The notes beneath the pieces are model-generated. The model saw only the letters and a list, made by a program, of their open reading frames with translations, searched no databases and had not been told where the DNA came from. Below, one piece after another: positions 1-10,554 of a stretch of 64,000 bases of DNA; positions within the stretch are counted from its first letter, which is position 1, and every line of letters begins with the position of its first letter. The position numbers and the translations under genes are program-made. The stretch comes from Chloroflexota bacterium (GTDB lineage: Bacteria; Chloroflexota; UBA11872; VXOZ01), in assembly GCA_964291655.2 (NCBI GenBank), contig OZ219802.1, positions 544,001-608,000 on the forward strand. The letters run 5' to 3'.

Positions 1-154
1 TGAGCAGCGTGACTGCGCACAGACGCAGCGTCGTTGCCAGGACGAGCGTACGCCGCGAAAGCTGCATCACGCCATGCCGGGCAACGAGTATTACGACCCC
101 CCACGCGAGAGGGAGCAAAATCAGCAGCCACGGCTGTGTGAAAAAAGCAAACAT
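1..154 (-). CDS. N-terminus (partial, runs off the window) of a membrane-anchored protein, probably VWA/BatA-type, in the MoxR operon
   Basis: ATG at 154-152, 2 nt after the stop of the upstream gene; reads MFAFFTQPWLLILLPLAWGVVILVARHG..., a hydrophobic N-terminus typical of VWA membrane proteins in MoxR loci. Confidence 0.6.
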   Translation of the reverse strand, partial: MFAFFTQPWLLILLPLAWGVVILVARHGVMQLSRRTLVLATTLRLCAVTLL

Positions 155-156
155 CG

Positions 157-2004
157 CTACGTCCGCACGCGGTGGTACCACACCCATTCAAAGAGCAAGA
201 CAAACAGCACTACCAGAGCCAGGAATCTCCAGATTTCCTGGAAGACCGGCAGATCGATTGGAGGCACCGCTGCCCTGCTACTTTCGAGCGCGGCAATCTG
301 ATTCCCTACATTCGTTTCCGCCACTTCCTGGAGACTCACAATGAACACTTCGCTGTAGATCTCTTGTGCCCCCGCGAAGTGCACCACGCGGTAAACGCCG
401 AGCTCCTCAGTGTCTGAATAGGGAATGCGCTGTCTACCGGCAAACGATACGCGTCCGCCACCCGGCTTATCCACAACCAGGCGATCGGCATGCGGGTGCA
501 AACCCAGCTCTATCACGTCCTGGGGTTGAACGTGTGAGACAGTTTCTTGGATGCGGTACGGGTTGAGCCATTGGTAGATGTTGCCAATCAAGACCGGAAA
601 CGCCGTGCGCAATGGGAGATTACTCTGCATCAAGGAGAATGAGAATACCACCATGCGCCGCCCATCCAACGTGCCACTGAAGAGCAACGGCCCTCTGGTG
701 CTGCCGATAAGCTCATCTGCCCATGGCGGCAGTTCCATACGCTGTGCGCGCGCAACGCGCAGATCACGAATCTCCACGAATTGCATGAGCGGATGGTCTT
801 GCGCCAGGTAGTCAAGCGGCGGCGCCACGATTTCTCCGCTTACCGGCAAGAACGGCGAGCCCGCGGGCGGATTGAATATGAGCCAGTTGCCGGGAGGGAG
901 CTCGGACGGGAGCCAGCCATCGAAGATATAGAGGTCGTACACCTCTGCCGGGCGAAATTCTACCGGACGCACGTGATCGAGCGCCAGAAATGGCAATGGC
1001 GCAAATACTGTGTTTAGGAAGAATGGCGTATCCGATACCAAGAGGGCTCGCAATACCGGCGGCGGCATCAGAATGGCTGCCGTGCGGTCGTCCGCCGCCA
1101 ACGCATCTTGGTGAACGAGCACAGCATCAACTCGTGAGACGCCCGCAGGAAACTCACCAAAGACGAGATCCAGCGATGAGCCGGAATCTGGAAACGGCAC
1201 CAGATTGATGTCGCGTCGCTCTAGCGGCTGACCGTCTGCCAAAATAACGAGAGGCACGGTTACTGACTGAGCGCTGAAGTTCTGCACCTGGACAAATGCC
1301 TGCAGGCTATCGAGGTGACGGCGGATGGCGAATGCGCTGATACCTTGGTTGTCTGCCGGGATACCCACCCGTACGAAATGAACCGTCGCATTCAGTGATT
1401 CAGGTACGTTTGGCGCAGGGAAGCTGCCGTCCGTATACAGATAGACCTCGCTGCCCGGCAAAGACTCTGCCAATGATACTGCCAGTTGCAGAGCGCGCTC
1501 GCTGTCGCCCACCGTAGCAGTCTGCTCTATAGCACTGACGGCATCGCGCGCAGACCGCGTATCCCGGGTCTGGTAGGCCAGAATTGCCGGCTGGCTGCCG
1601 AAACTTACCACAGTCAACCGGTCGCCCGGCTCGGTGATAGACACCTGCTCGAGTGCGGCTGCTTTGGCCGCTTCCAGCCGCGTCGTGTCGCCGCTTGCTA
1701 CGCTCATACTAGCCGAGGCATCGATAACGTGTACCACGTGCCGTTGCGGCAGGGTGTCCGCCGTACGCTCGGGACGCGCCAGCACAAGGGCCAGCAAAAG
1801 GATTGCGAGGAGCTGCAGGAATAGGAGCAAGTGACGCCGGAGCCGCTGCCACAACGTGAGCGCCTGCTCGCGCTGTACCAAGTCGCGCCAGAGGAAGATG
1901 CTCGGCACTTCAACCCGCAGACTTCGCGGCCGCAAAATGTAGAAGAGCAGCACTAGCCCCGCGAGCGCTCCCCACGCGAGAGCCAATGGGACCAGCAAGC
2001 TCAT
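157..2004 (-). CDS. BatA-like N-terminal TM plus von Willebrand factor A domain membrane protein
   Basis: N-terminal TM segments with VPSIFLW motif, MIDAS-like VIDASASM and YTDG, C-terminal TM with EW; start MSLLVP overlaps the DUF58 stop (ATGA). Confidence 0.85.
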   Translation of the reverse strand: MSLLVPLALAWGALAGLVLLFYILRPRSLRVEVPSIFLWRDLVQREQALTLWQRLRRHLLLFLQLLAILLLALVLARPERTADTLPQRHVVHVIDASASMSVASGDTTRLEAAKAAALEQVSITEPGDRLTVVSFGSQPAILAYQTRDTRSARDAVSAIEQTATVGDSERALQLAVSLAESLPGSEVYLYTDGSFPAPNVPESLNATVHFVRVGIPADNQGISAFAIRRHLDSLQAFVQVQNFSAQSVTVPLVILADGQPLERRDINLVPFPDSGSSLDLVFGEFPAGVSRVDAVLVHQDALAADDRTAAILMPPPVLRALLVSDTPFFLNTVFAPLPFLALDHVRPVEFRPAEVYDLYIFDGWLPSELPPGNWLIFNPPAGSPFLPVSGEIVAPPLDYLAQDHPLMQFVEIRDLRVARAQRMELPPWADELIGSTRGPLLFSGTLDGRRMVVFSFSLMQSNLPLRTAFPVLIGNIYQWLNPYRIQETVSHVQPQDVIELGLHPHADRLVVDKPGGGRVSFAGRQRIPYSDTEELGVYRVVHFAGAQEIYSEVFIVSLQEVAETNVGNQIAALESSRAAVPPIDLPVFQEIWRFLALVVLFVLLFEWVWYHRVRT

Positions 2005-2888
2005 AGAACGACTCTCCGCAACAGTCGCTGGAACACCACCTCTTCCAGCGGCCAAGACGTCTCAAGTCGCACGTAGCGCGCATTGCGCCGCCCGCAAAAC
2101 GTCTCGAGCTGGTCTGCCCAGTCGAGTACGTGCTCACGGTATTGATTGAGCGTCTCTGCGTCTGCCGCGATGTTGATAGTCCGGCCTGTCTCGCGGTCGA
2201 CCAGACTCAATTCGCCGCTCATTTCCGGGTCGATCTCGGCCCAATCAAGCACGTGGAGCAAGACAAGCTCATTCCCGGCCTCCTGAATCGCCGTAATGCC
2301 GCGGTACGCGTCTTCGGTCATCATGTCCGAGATCAGGATCACCAGGCCGCGTTGGGCGTTCCGCGCGACATAGTTGCGAGTGGCGGAGACAAGCGACGTA
2401 GTGCCGCCTACCGGTTGCGCCTGTTCGAGAAAGTCAAAGTAGCGCAGAATGAATGCTCTTCCTTGAGCGGGCGGAAAATACTGTTCAGTCGATTCGCCGA
2501 ATATCGCACCGGAGAGCACGTCGTCACGGTTGAGCGCAATGTATCCCAGACTCCCGGCCAAAGACTTTGCATACGAGAATTTATTCTGCCGGCCCCAATC
2601 CATGGACCGGCTCCCGTCAACGAGTACGTGAACGGCGAGATGTTCCTCCGCTTCGCGCAGCTTGATGTAGAGGCGGTTTGAGCGGCCAAAGACGTTCCAG
2701 TCGATGTGGCGAAAGTCATCGCCGGGGCTATAGTTGCGATAGTCGGCGAATTCGATTGAAGAGCCGAACTGCCGACTCCGCCTGCCGCCGCCGGTCACCA
2801 TGCCGTAGCCGCGCCGGCTGATGAGTTGCAGCCGGTCCAGCCGCCGCAAGAACGCATGGTCAATTGCTGCCGAAGGACTCGGCTTCAT
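2001..2888 (-). CDS. DUF58 domain protein
   Basis: GSSIEFADYRNYSPGDDFRHIDWN and VDGSRSM motifs; directly downstream of the MoxR ATPase. Confidence 0.9.
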   Translation of the reverse strand: MKPSPSAAIDHAFLRRLDRLQLISRRGYGMVTGGGRRSRQFGSSIEFADYRNYSPGDDFRHIDWNVFGRSNRLYIKLREAEEHLAVHVLVDGSRSMDWGRQNKFSYAKSLAGSLGYIALNRDDVLSGAIFGESTEQYFPPAQGRAFILRYFDFLEQAQPVGGTTSLVSATRNYVARNAQRGLVILISDMMTEDAYRGITAIQEAGNELVLLHVLDWAEIDPEMSGELSLVDRETGRTINIAADAETLNQYREHVLDWADQLETFCGRRNARYVRLETSWPLEEVVFQRLLRRVVL

Positions 2889-3886
2889 TCTTCACTTTCC
2901 GGTGAGATCGTCATTACCAGCTCATCGATGACCGTATCCGCAGTAATTCCTTCCGCTTCGGCCTCGAAGTTTAGGATGAGCCTGTGGCGCAGCGTCTGGT
3001 GCGCTACCTCGCGAATGTCATCAAAGGATACGTTATAGCGTTCATCGAATAACGCCCGCACCTTGCCCGCCAGCACTAGGGTCTGCGCACCGCGTGGCGA
3101 CGCGCCGTAGCGCACGTAGTTGCGCGTAATCTGCGGCGCCTCAGAAGAGTCTGGGTCCGTAGCCGTAATCAGACGCACGGCGTAGCGCAAGACGTGAGAG
3201 GCGATCGGCACCTGCCGGACGAGCACTTGCAGCGCCAGTATGTCTTGCGTCGTGGCCACCTTGCGCACCGCGGGCACCTCATCTGTGGTAGTGCGCAGCA
3301 CGATTTCCTCCAATTCCGACGCATCGGGGTAGTCCACGATGATCTTGAAAAAGAACCGGTCGAGCTGCGCTTCCGGCAGCGGATAGGTGCCTTCCATTTC
3401 GATGGGATTCTGGGTCGCCATCACAAAGAACGGGATCGGCAGGTCATGCAGTGAGTTCCCTACAGTAACCGTGCGCTCGTGCATGGCTTCCAGCAGCGCC
3501 GACTGTGTCTTGGGCGTGGCTCGGTTGATCTCATCCGCCAAGACCAGGTTGTTGAAAATCGGTCCCTGTTCAAAGCGGAAATAGCGGTTATCTTGCTGGT
3601 CCTCGGTGATAACTGTCGTGCCGGTGATGTCAGCCGGCATGAGATCAGGCGTGAATTGAACCCTACCGTACCGCAGATCGAGAACTTCCCCAAGGGTTTT
3701 GACCAACTCTGTCTTGCCCAAACCGGGTACACCTTCAAGCAGGGCGTGTCCGCCGGCAAGCAGACAAATCAACACATTGTCGACGACTGCTTGCTGACCA
3801 ACGATTACTTTCCCCAGCTCGGCGCGGATGTCTTGGCTGAGCGTCTGGAAGTGTTCGATCCGTTCTTCGGTCGGCCGTGAGATCAT
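2885..3886 (-). CDS. moxR: MoxR family AAA+ ATPase
   Basis: Walker A GVPGLGKT, QFTPDLMPADITG, Walker B LADEINRA, ATQNPIEMEGTYPLPEAQLDRF; start MISRP overlaps the upstream stop. Confidence 0.93.
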   Translation of the reverse strand: MISRPTEERIEHFQTLSQDIRAELGKVIVGQQAVVDNVLICLLAGGHALLEGVPGLGKTELVKTLGEVLDLRYGRVQFTPDLMPADITGTTVITEDQQDNRYFRFEQGPIFNNLVLADEINRATPKTQSALLEAMHERTVTVGNSLHDLPIPFFVMATQNPIEMEGTYPLPEAQLDRFFFKIIVDYPDASELEEIVLRTTTDEVPAVRKVATTQDILALQVLVRQVPIASHVLRYAVRLITATDPDSSEAPQITRNYVRYGASPRGAQTLVLAGKVRALFDERYNVSFDDIREVAHQTLRHRLILNFEAEAEGITADTVIDELVMTISPESEE

Positions 3887-5595
3887 TGTGACTGCTCCAT
3901 AGCATTTGAGAGGGCGTTGAAGTACTTCTGCACGTAGTCGGCGACCGTCCAGGGCACAAAGTGACTGGCGCCGCCAGTGGAAATGATCGCGTTGCCGGCA
4001 TCGGTTACGCCAAATTGGGCGGGAGCCGTTCCAGGACCGGGAATAGTTACCGGTGCGCGTTGCGGCGACCAAAGAGACGGTCCAACACCTCTGTCCGCCA
4101 AGACAACCGATGGCCTCTGTTCAATCTGCAGGCGCGGAGCTTCCGGCCCAGGTTGGAATGACTCTTCGCCGCGATTGCCGCCACCCTGGCTTGGGCCGCC
4201 CGGCGCCGCCTGGAGTTGCCACGAATCCTGCTGCTGCGCCGGGCCCGATTGCTCCGTTACGCCTGAAGTATTAAACGCCTGCTGGCCTTGCGTTCCTTGC
4301 CGCTGCGCATCCCCCTGTTGACCTCCTGAATCTTCTCCACCGGCGCCGGCTCGGAGTTGCTCGGTTTGCTGTTCCAACTGCTGCTGTGCCTGGATGCGCT
4401 GCCCCCGTTCCTGAATGGCATCGCCAAGTTCCTGCAGCTCACGCTCCGTTGCCCGGTCATTGTACGAGGCGACCTCCCGGCTCACGTCTGCCAACTCCTG
4501 GGCTAGTCTCGGATCGGCCTGTTGAGCGCGCTCCGCAGCCTTGGCGAACGCGTCAGTCATGTCATTGCGGTCCTCCCGTGAAAGGTCGCGCACCTGTCGC
4601 GCCAACTCTTCAAGCGCTTGCGAAGCCTGATCGTAGTTGCCACGTTCCAGATTCTGCCCGGCTTCGCGAGAAGGTCGTGCCTGTGCAAGCTCTCGTCCCA
4701 CGTCAGCGAGCGCGGTTGCTTGCTGGTCGACATGGGGGTTCCGCGACTCTTCTAGCTGCTGGGCAAGATCGGCGAAGCTCGCCTCCCCTTCGTTGCCCTG
4801 GGCGGTTTCTCCTTCTTCTGCTGCTTGGCCTTGTTGCGCCAGATTCTGTTGCTGATCGAGGTCCGCCTGCGTGAGCAACGGCTGATTCTGGTTCTGTTGT
4901 TCCGCCGCCTGCGCTCCTTCAGGCTGGGCAAGGTCCTCGTTCACCGCAGGGCCCTGTACCTCTTCACCCACCACGAATGCGTCCGGAGTCGTGCGCTCCA
5001 GCAGCGTTCCCTCTCGCACCGCCGCTACCTGATACGCGAGAGGGGCAAGCGGCGCGAGTTGACCGGCCATATAGGGAAAGACCTCCCAAAGAAACAGCGC
5101 CACAGCGCTTAAGACGAGAAGCAGCACGTCTCTTTGCGGAATGCGGATTGGGAACACCTGTCTGGGCCGGATCTTCTGCGCATGTTGCCATGCGTCATCG
5201 AGCAAGACTGCTTTGAAGGGGCTCTCCGGAGCACGGCCCATCACTTCCACCGCCGTGGCAAGACGTTCCGACAGCGCCAATCGAGAGTCGTAGGCTTTGG
5301 CAATGTCAAGCGTGCTCAGCCGCCGCAACAAGATAGGGACCACCAAGGCCAAGAACCCGACAAGGGCTATGACAAGACTAATCGCAAAGACAGGAAACTG
5401 CGGGACGAGGAGTGACCCAACGAGAGAGAAGCCGACGTACAGCAGCGCTGTCACCCATAGGGCTCGCACACCTCGCAGCAGCACCGCGAGCAGCCGCAAC
5501 CGCCGGCCGAATCGCGTTAGTTGGTGGGCGTAGATCGACGCCGAGGCTGCGCCCTGCTCAGAGTAATCCGCAGATGAAGATGCTGTCTTCGACAA
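3883..5595 (-). CDS. Hypothetical membrane protein with Gln/Ala-rich coiled-coil C-terminus, first gene of the MoxR operon
   Basis: Three N-terminal hydrophobic segments, LSERLATA motif, long Q/E/A-rich helical region, ends YVQKYF; ATGA-coupled to moxR. Confidence 0.7.
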   Translation of the reverse strand: MSKTASSSADYSEQGAASASIYAHQLTRFGRRLRLLAVLLRGVRALWVTALLYVGFSLVGSLLVPQFPVFAISLVIALVGFLALVVPILLRRLSTLDIAKAYDSRLALSERLATAVEVMGRAPESPFKAVLLDDAWQHAQKIRPRQVFPIRIPQRDVLLLVLSAVALFLWEVFPYMAGQLAPLAPLAYQVAAVREGTLLERTTPDAFVVGEEVQGPAVNEDLAQPEGAQAAEQQNQNQPLLTQADLDQQQNLAQQGQAAEEGETAQGNEGEASFADLAQQLEESRNPHVDQQATALADVGRELAQARPSREAGQNLERGNYDQASQALEELARQVRDLSREDRNDMTDAFAKAAERAQQADPRLAQELADVSREVASYNDRATERELQELGDAIQERGQRIQAQQQLEQQTEQLRAGAGGEDSGGQQGDAQRQGTQGQQAFNTSGVTEQSGPAQQQDSWQLQAAPGGPSQGGGNRGEESFQPGPEAPRLQIEQRPSVVLADRGVGPSLWSPQRAPVTIPGPGTAPAQFGVTDAGNAIISTGGASHFVPWTVADYVQKYFNALSNAMEQSQ

Positions 5596-5827
5596 GGTCG
5601 CCTCGCTGATTGGTGCTTCCTATCGCAGGTTGCTGCGGCCGAATTGCAGCCGACGGCGGCCTAAACGAGGGCAGCTACATCGGCGGATGCCTCTCGAACA
5701 TCATGATTTCCAGCGCACATTCGCCGGCGTACGAACGTAGTAAGAACGGTCGCAGCCTGCCCCGAATGTGCATCGCTACCTGCCTCAATCTTACCTGACA
5801 ACCGCATATGCGTAAACGCAGCCGTGA

Positions 5828-5856
5828 TTGAAGCGCCTGAAACGCTATGCTATTAT
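5828..5856 (+). promoter_or_regulatory. Putative sigma70-type promoter of acs
   Basis: TTGAAG-17 nt-TATTAT, with TG just upstream of the -10. Confidence 0.5.
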
Positions 5857-5919
5857 GGCACCCAAACATGCACCGAACTTGGCAAGAGAGCTACGCTCTG
5901 TTGTATGCAGGAGGACACG

Positions 5920-7881
5920 ATGGCATCAGAATCCGGCAGTACTATTGAAGCCCTTTTGGAGGAGCAACGGCTCTTTGCTTCGCCCGATGAATTCGCAAAG
6001 AACGCCTACGTCAATGATGATGCGGTGTTTTCGCAAGCCGCTGCAGATCCCGAAGCCTTTTGGGCATCCGTCGCGGAAGAACTGCACTGGTTCAAGAAAT
6101 GGGATCAGGTGCTGGACGAATCCGATCCGCCATTCTTCAAGTGGTTCGTAGGCGGCAAGCTGAACATCACGTATAACTGCCTGGACCGCCATCTGAATTC
6201 TTGGAGGCGCAACAAGGCCGCCATCATATGGGAAGGCGAGCCCGGCGACCAAGTCGTGCTTACGTACTACGACTTGTGGCGAGAAGTGAGCAAGTTCGCG
6301 AACGCTCTCAAGGGTCTTGGCGTGAAGCGCGGCGACCGCGTGACCCTTTACATGGGCATGGTGCCTGAGCTGGCAATCGCCATGCTAGCGTGTGCCCGCA
6401 TTGGCGCCCCGCACAGCATCGTATTCGGCGGTTTTAGCGCGGAGGCCCTTGCCGACCGCATCAATGACGCCCAGGGAAACGTGCTCGTCACCTGCGACGG
6501 CGGTTGGCGGCGCGGCAGCATTGTGCCGCTCAAGCGCATGGCCGATGACGCTGTGGATCGCTGCCCCACCATCGAGAGCGTGATCGTGGTGAAACGCATC
6601 GGTGACGAAGCCGATATTGAAATGAAGGAGGGGCGCGACCACTGGTGGCACGACCTCATGGACTCTGCCGATCTGCGCTGCGAGCCTGAGGAAATGGACG
6701 CCGAGGACATGCTCTATATCCTCTATACCAGCGGAACTACCGGCAAGCCCAAGGGCATTGTGCACACTACCGGCGGCTATTCCACACAGACCTATCTCAC
6801 GACGAAGTGGGTCTTCGACATGAAAGATGACGACGTGTACTGGTGTACGGCCGACATCGGCTGGGTCACGGGTCACTCGTACATCATCTACGGTCCGCTG
6901 CAGAACGGCGCCACGACCGTCATGTACGAGGGCGCACCGGACTTCCCCGGCCGTGACCGCTTCTGGGACGTCGTGGAAAAGTACGGTGTCACCATTCTCT
7001 ATACCGCGCCGACCGCCATTCGCGCTTTTATGCGCTGGGGCGATAAGTATCCTGCAATGCACGACATGTCGAGCCTGCGCTTGCTGGGCTCCGTTGGCGA
7101 ACCGATTAATCCCGAAGCCTGGATTTGGTACCACGAGAACATCGGCGGCGAACGCTGTCCGATCGTGGACACCTGGTGGCAGACCGAGACCGGCGCGATC
7201 CTCATCTCACCACTGCCAGGCTACACAACCACGAAGCCGGGTTCGGCCACCAGGCCCATCCCCGGCATCACCGCGGCGATATTGGATGAGGCCGGGAATG
7301 AGGTGCCGGAAGGCGGCGGCTACCTGGTAATTCAGCGTCCTTGGCCCTCCATGCTGCGGACAATTTACGGCGATCCGGAGCGCTTCAAGGAGCAGTACTG
7401 GAGCCGCTACCCTGGGATTTACTTCACAGGCGACGGCGCCAAAATTGATTCAGACGGGTATTACTGGGTGCTCGGCCGCGTCGACGACGTGATGAACGTG
7501 GCGGGCCACCGTCTCTCAACCATGGAGATCGAAAGCGCGCTCGTTGACCATCAATCGGTGGCAGAAGCGGCCGTTATTGGCAAGACCCACGAACTCAAAG
7601 GCCAAGCAGTCTCTGCGTTCGTGCTTCTTAAAGAAGGCATAGACCCAGGCGACACGCTTCTCGATGAACTCAAGAAACACGTCGCACAGAAGATTGGTCC
7701 CATCGCGCGACCCGACGACATATTCTTCACTGCAGACCTGCCCAAGACCCGCAGCGGCAAGATCATGCGCCGCCTCTTGCGCGACGTCGCCGAAGGTCGT
7801 GCGCTGGGCGATACGACCACGCTGCTCGACGCGAACGTGGTAGAGAGCTTGCGCGGACAGTATGAAGATTCCGAAGGCTGA
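5920..7881 (+). CDS. acs: Acetyl-CoA synthetase (AMP-forming)
   Basis: [29 protein letters not shown] and [11 protein letters not shown] motifs; RBS GGAGGA before ATG 5920. Confidence 0.97.
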   Translation: MASESGSTIEALLEEQRLFASPDEFAKNAYVNDDAVFSQAAADPEAFWASVAEELHWFKKWDQVLDESDPPFFKWFVGGKLNITYNCLDRHLNSWRRNKAAIIWEGEPGDQVVLTYYDLWREVSKFANALKGLGVKRGDRVTLYMGMVPELAIAMLACARIGAPHSIVFGGFSAEALADRINDAQGNVLVTCDGGWRRGSIVPLKRMADDAVDRCPTIESVIVVKRIGDEADIEMKEGRDHWWHDLMDSADLRCEPEEMDAEDMLYILYTSGTTGKPKGIVHTTGGYSTQTYLTTKWVFDMKDDDVYWCTADIGWVTGHSYIIYGPLQNGATTVMYEGAPDFPGRDRFWDVVEKYGVTILYTAPTAIRAFMRWGDKYPAMHDMSSLRLLGSVGEPINPEAWIWYHENIGGERCPIVDTWWQTETGAILISPLPGYTTTKPGSATRPIPGITAAILDEAGNEVPEGGGYLVIQRPWPSMLRTIYGDPERFKEQYWSRYPGIYFTGDGAKIDSDGYYWVLGRVDDVMNVAGHRLSTMEIESALVDHQSVAEAAVIGKTHELKGQAVSAFVLLKEGIDPGDTLLDELKKHVAQKIGPIARPDDIFFTADLPKTRSGKIMRRLLRDVAEGRALGDTTTLLDANVVESLRGQYEDSEG

Positions 7882-7935
7882 TAGACCTGATCGCTAACCT
7901 CATCGTGTGGTGCGTAGACGGATGAAACTAAAGCA

Positions 7936-7967
7936 AAGGGCTCTGTGGTGCTTGCCACAGAGCCCTT
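7936..7967. terminator. Hairpin terminator between convergent acs and the HxlR gene
   Basis: AAGGGCTCTGTGG / CCACAGAGCCCTT perfect 13-bp inverted repeat. Confidence 0.7.
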
Positions 7968-8084
7968 GGTCGATTCATTGCCAAATGGAAGACCCACTGC
8001 CGAATCGTGCGTATGAAGCCCCTTAAATAGAAAATTTGCCATCGAGATGCGGTCGTCTCTTTGGCAAACCGTTGTCTTTGTTCT

Positions 8085-8465
8085 CTATTTCACTGCGACT
8101 GTGTGCGCACCGGCGGATGTAGCTACCAACTCTTCCTCATCGGGACTGAGCCACCGTTCACCGTACTCTCGCATGATCTCAAGTACCGGAACGAGCGCGC
8201 TGCCCTTCTCCGTCAGGGTGTATTCCACGCGCGGCGGAATTTCCGCAAAGGCCCGGCGCGTGATGATCTGCTCTTCTTCCAGGGTGCGGAGCCGCTCGAC
8301 CAATGTATTGGGGCTAATGCCCTCCAGAGAGCGCTCCAATGTGCAGAAGCGCTGCGGACTCTCAGCAAGGTCTCGCAAAATCAGCATTGTCCACCGACCG
8401 CAAATCAACGAGGCGGTACGCGCAATCGCGCACTCAGCTTCTTTGTCTGAACAGCGAGTGGACAT
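8085..8465 (-). CDS. HxlR/MarR-DUF24 family winged-helix regulator
   Basis: CAIARTASLICGRW...GISPNTLVERLRTLE...PPRVEYTLTEKG. Confidence 0.9.
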   Translation of the reverse strand: MSTRCSDKEAECAIARTASLICGRWTMLILRDLAESPQRFCTLERSLEGISPNTLVERLRTLEEEQIITRRAFAEIPPRVEYTLTEKGSALVPVLEIMREYGERWLSPDEEELVATSAGAHTVAVK

Positions 8466-8705
8466 GGTCTTGCTCGATCTCCACTGTGGGCGTATTGCCC
8501 ACTATTACACTCGCGCCACCTAATTTCGATTGTAGCGTAGGCCTTGCGCGACGGTCAAACCGGCAAGTCAGTTTCCTTCCAGATTGGGCCCCCCTCGAGC
8601 GTTCTGTTACCAGTGTTTTCACTATCTTATGGGCCAAGCCATGTTGACGACCACACCCCCCATGCGCTATAAGAAGTCGGAGTGGCAGAAAGGTATTTGA
8701 GCACT

Positions 8706-9176
8706 ATGGCAAAAAGACTTGGTATACAATTGCTCCTCATGTTCGCGGTGTGCCTGGTAACGGCAACGCCGGCCGCGGCATTCTCGTTTGTCGTTGAGGA
8801 GGAAGACGGCTCACTGACGAACTTGACGCGCTTTCGGCCTCCTGCTTTCTTGCGCGAGCATTCGGAATATACGGTTACGCGTGTCGAGTACGGGAACGCA
8901 ACCTACTACCATCCTTCTCTCCATGGCGGCACGATGGCGAATGGTGAGCCGTATAGCCGCTTCGACCCCATCATTGCCGCCAGCCCCTTCTTTCCCTTGG
9001 GTACCGTGGTACGGGTGACCCGACTTTCCACCGGAGCGGTCATTGTCGTAATCGTTAAGGACCGTGCTCCATCCCCCGGCTTCATGTGGATCGACCTCAG
9101 CGAAGCCGCGTTTATACAAATGTCGCCCTTTACAACCGGTCGTTTTGAAGTTCAACTGGAACTCCTGAGCCAGTGA
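8706..9176 (+). CDS. Secreted RlpA-like (double-psi beta-barrel) protein
   Basis: Signal peptide; GNATYY, TMANGEPY, PLGTVVRVT, VKDRAP and IDLSEAAF motifs. Confidence 0.8.
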   Translation: MAKRLGIQLLLMFAVCLVTATPAAAFSFVVEEEDGSLTNLTRFRPPAFLREHSEYTVTRVEYGNATYYHPSLHGGTMANGEPYSRFDPIIAASPFFPLGTVVRVTRLSTGAVIVVIVKDRAPSPGFMWIDLSEAAFIQMSPFTTGRFEVQLELLSQ

Positions 9177-9210
9177 CTGCTGTCCTAGAGCCTCTCCTGA
9201 TTGTTTTGCT

Positions 9211-10191
9211 ATGAAGAATGCGGCATACACCATCGAAGCGCTCACGCCCGTGCCCGACCATGTACTCGGCACCCGTGAAGAGTTCAATATGCTCACGTAC
9301 GGCCCCAGCGAAATCCTGCTCGCCAAAGACGGATTGGAAATTGCGGGGGCGGTACGCCTGGCCTTGCGGCAAGATGCCCGCCGTCAGCACGGCCTGATTG
9401 CCGATCTCTCAGTGCACGAAGACTACGCTCGCCAGGGAATCGAAGAGGACTTGATCGCCGCTGCCGAAGAGCACCTGAAAGCCTCAGGGGTAACGAAGAT
9501 CGACGCCATCGTGCGCGACGGTGAAGGCGCCACCGTGCCGTTCTATGAGCGCGGCTACTGGGCAGCTCGCAAGATGGTGCTACTCACGTGGAACCTCCGC
9601 ACGCTCGACCAGCTAGAGTCCAGCCAGGAGTTCTCCATTGAAGAGCAATCCTCCCCGGACCCGGCGTTCTTCACAGAGTTTGTTCTCAATAGTTACCAGC
9701 CGTATTGGCGCTGGTGGAAAGAGTACAAGGAAGACACTCGCTGGCACCGCGTCGAATATCCCGCTGAGCCGGAAGCGCCGCCAAGCGAGGAACTGGCGCA
9801 TGAGATGCGCGCTCGCATAGAAGCGCGCGTTGCTTCATTTGGTGCAGGCGCGCCGCAGACTCTCTTTGCCGCACGGTTCAATGGCGAAGTGGTAGGACTC
9901 TGCGACGCCAAGGCCGTGGCCGATGACACGACGTTCGATTGGGGGCTTCTGGTACGCCGCGATTACGGCGGACGCCGCATCGGCTCGGCGCTGCTTGGTC
10001 ACGCGCTGCACTGGCTCAAGGCGCAAGGAATGAGCACCGCCCGCATCGTTACAACATCAGGTCTCGATGACTACGATCCCACCGTCTACCTCTACGCCTT
10101 CTCGTATGGCGGTGCAATCAGCGCCGAGTATCTGAACCTGGTAAAGCGGAGACTCTACGGCGCCAATGCCGGCGATGAAAGCGAATCGTAG
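9211..10191 (+). CDS. Tandem-domain GNAT N-acetyltransferase
   Basis: Two acetyl-CoA-binding-type motifs (VHEDYARQGI and VRRDYGGRRIGSALL). Confidence 0.8.
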   Translation: MKNAAYTIEALTPVPDHVLGTREEFNMLTYGPSEILLAKDGLEIAGAVRLALRQDARRQHGLIADLSVHEDYARQGIEEDLIAAAEEHLKASGVTKIDAIVRDGEGATVPFYERGYWAARKMVLLTWNLRTLDQLESSQEFSIEEQSSPDPAFFTEFVLNSYQPYWRWWKEYKEDTRWHRVEYPAEPEAPPSEELAHEMRARIEARVASFGAGAPQTLFAARFNGEVVGLCDAKAVADDTTFDWGLLVRRDYGGRRIGSALLGHALHWLKAQGMSTARIVTTSGLDDYDPTVYLYAFSYGGAISAEYLNLVKRRLYGANAGDESES

Positions 10192-10251
10192 GCCCTCGCA
10201 CAACGCGTTGCGACCATCAAGATCAAGCGGCATCACGGTCGGTTTGGTGTA

Positions 10252-10357
10252 CCGTTCCCGCTGAGCCTGCCGCAGCAAACCCCATCTCCCGTTCGTGCTG
10301 TGCCTGCAGCTGCAGACTCCATCCCCCGTTGGTGCTGAGCCTGTCGAAGCATGAACG
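10252..10357. repeat. Three tandem degenerate REP-like units with a 37-bp period (CCGTTnnnGCTGAGCCTG...)
   Basis: Units start at 10252, 10289 and 10326; the third contains CTGAGCCTGTCGAAG, related to motifs near 31.1 kb and 60.3 kb. Confidence 0.7.
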
Positions 10358-10554
10358 AACGACACTGAGGTAGCCTCAAAGCAAGAGTATCAGCCCACGC
10401 CCGCGACCTATTCGGAGAGCGCATAGTACGCCCGCACCAATTCCTTCACTATTCGCCGGAAGTGTGGTAGTTTAACTGCGAACGCGACTGCTATTCGTCG
10501 TATTGAGCATTGCCGCATACTGCACACGGTCAAATTTAAGAGGGAGCACCTACT

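Noticed and set aside
10252-10357. Possible mini CRISPR array
   Set aside because: The 37-bp period leaves no room for unique spacers, the units are degenerate REP-like copies, and no cas genes are present
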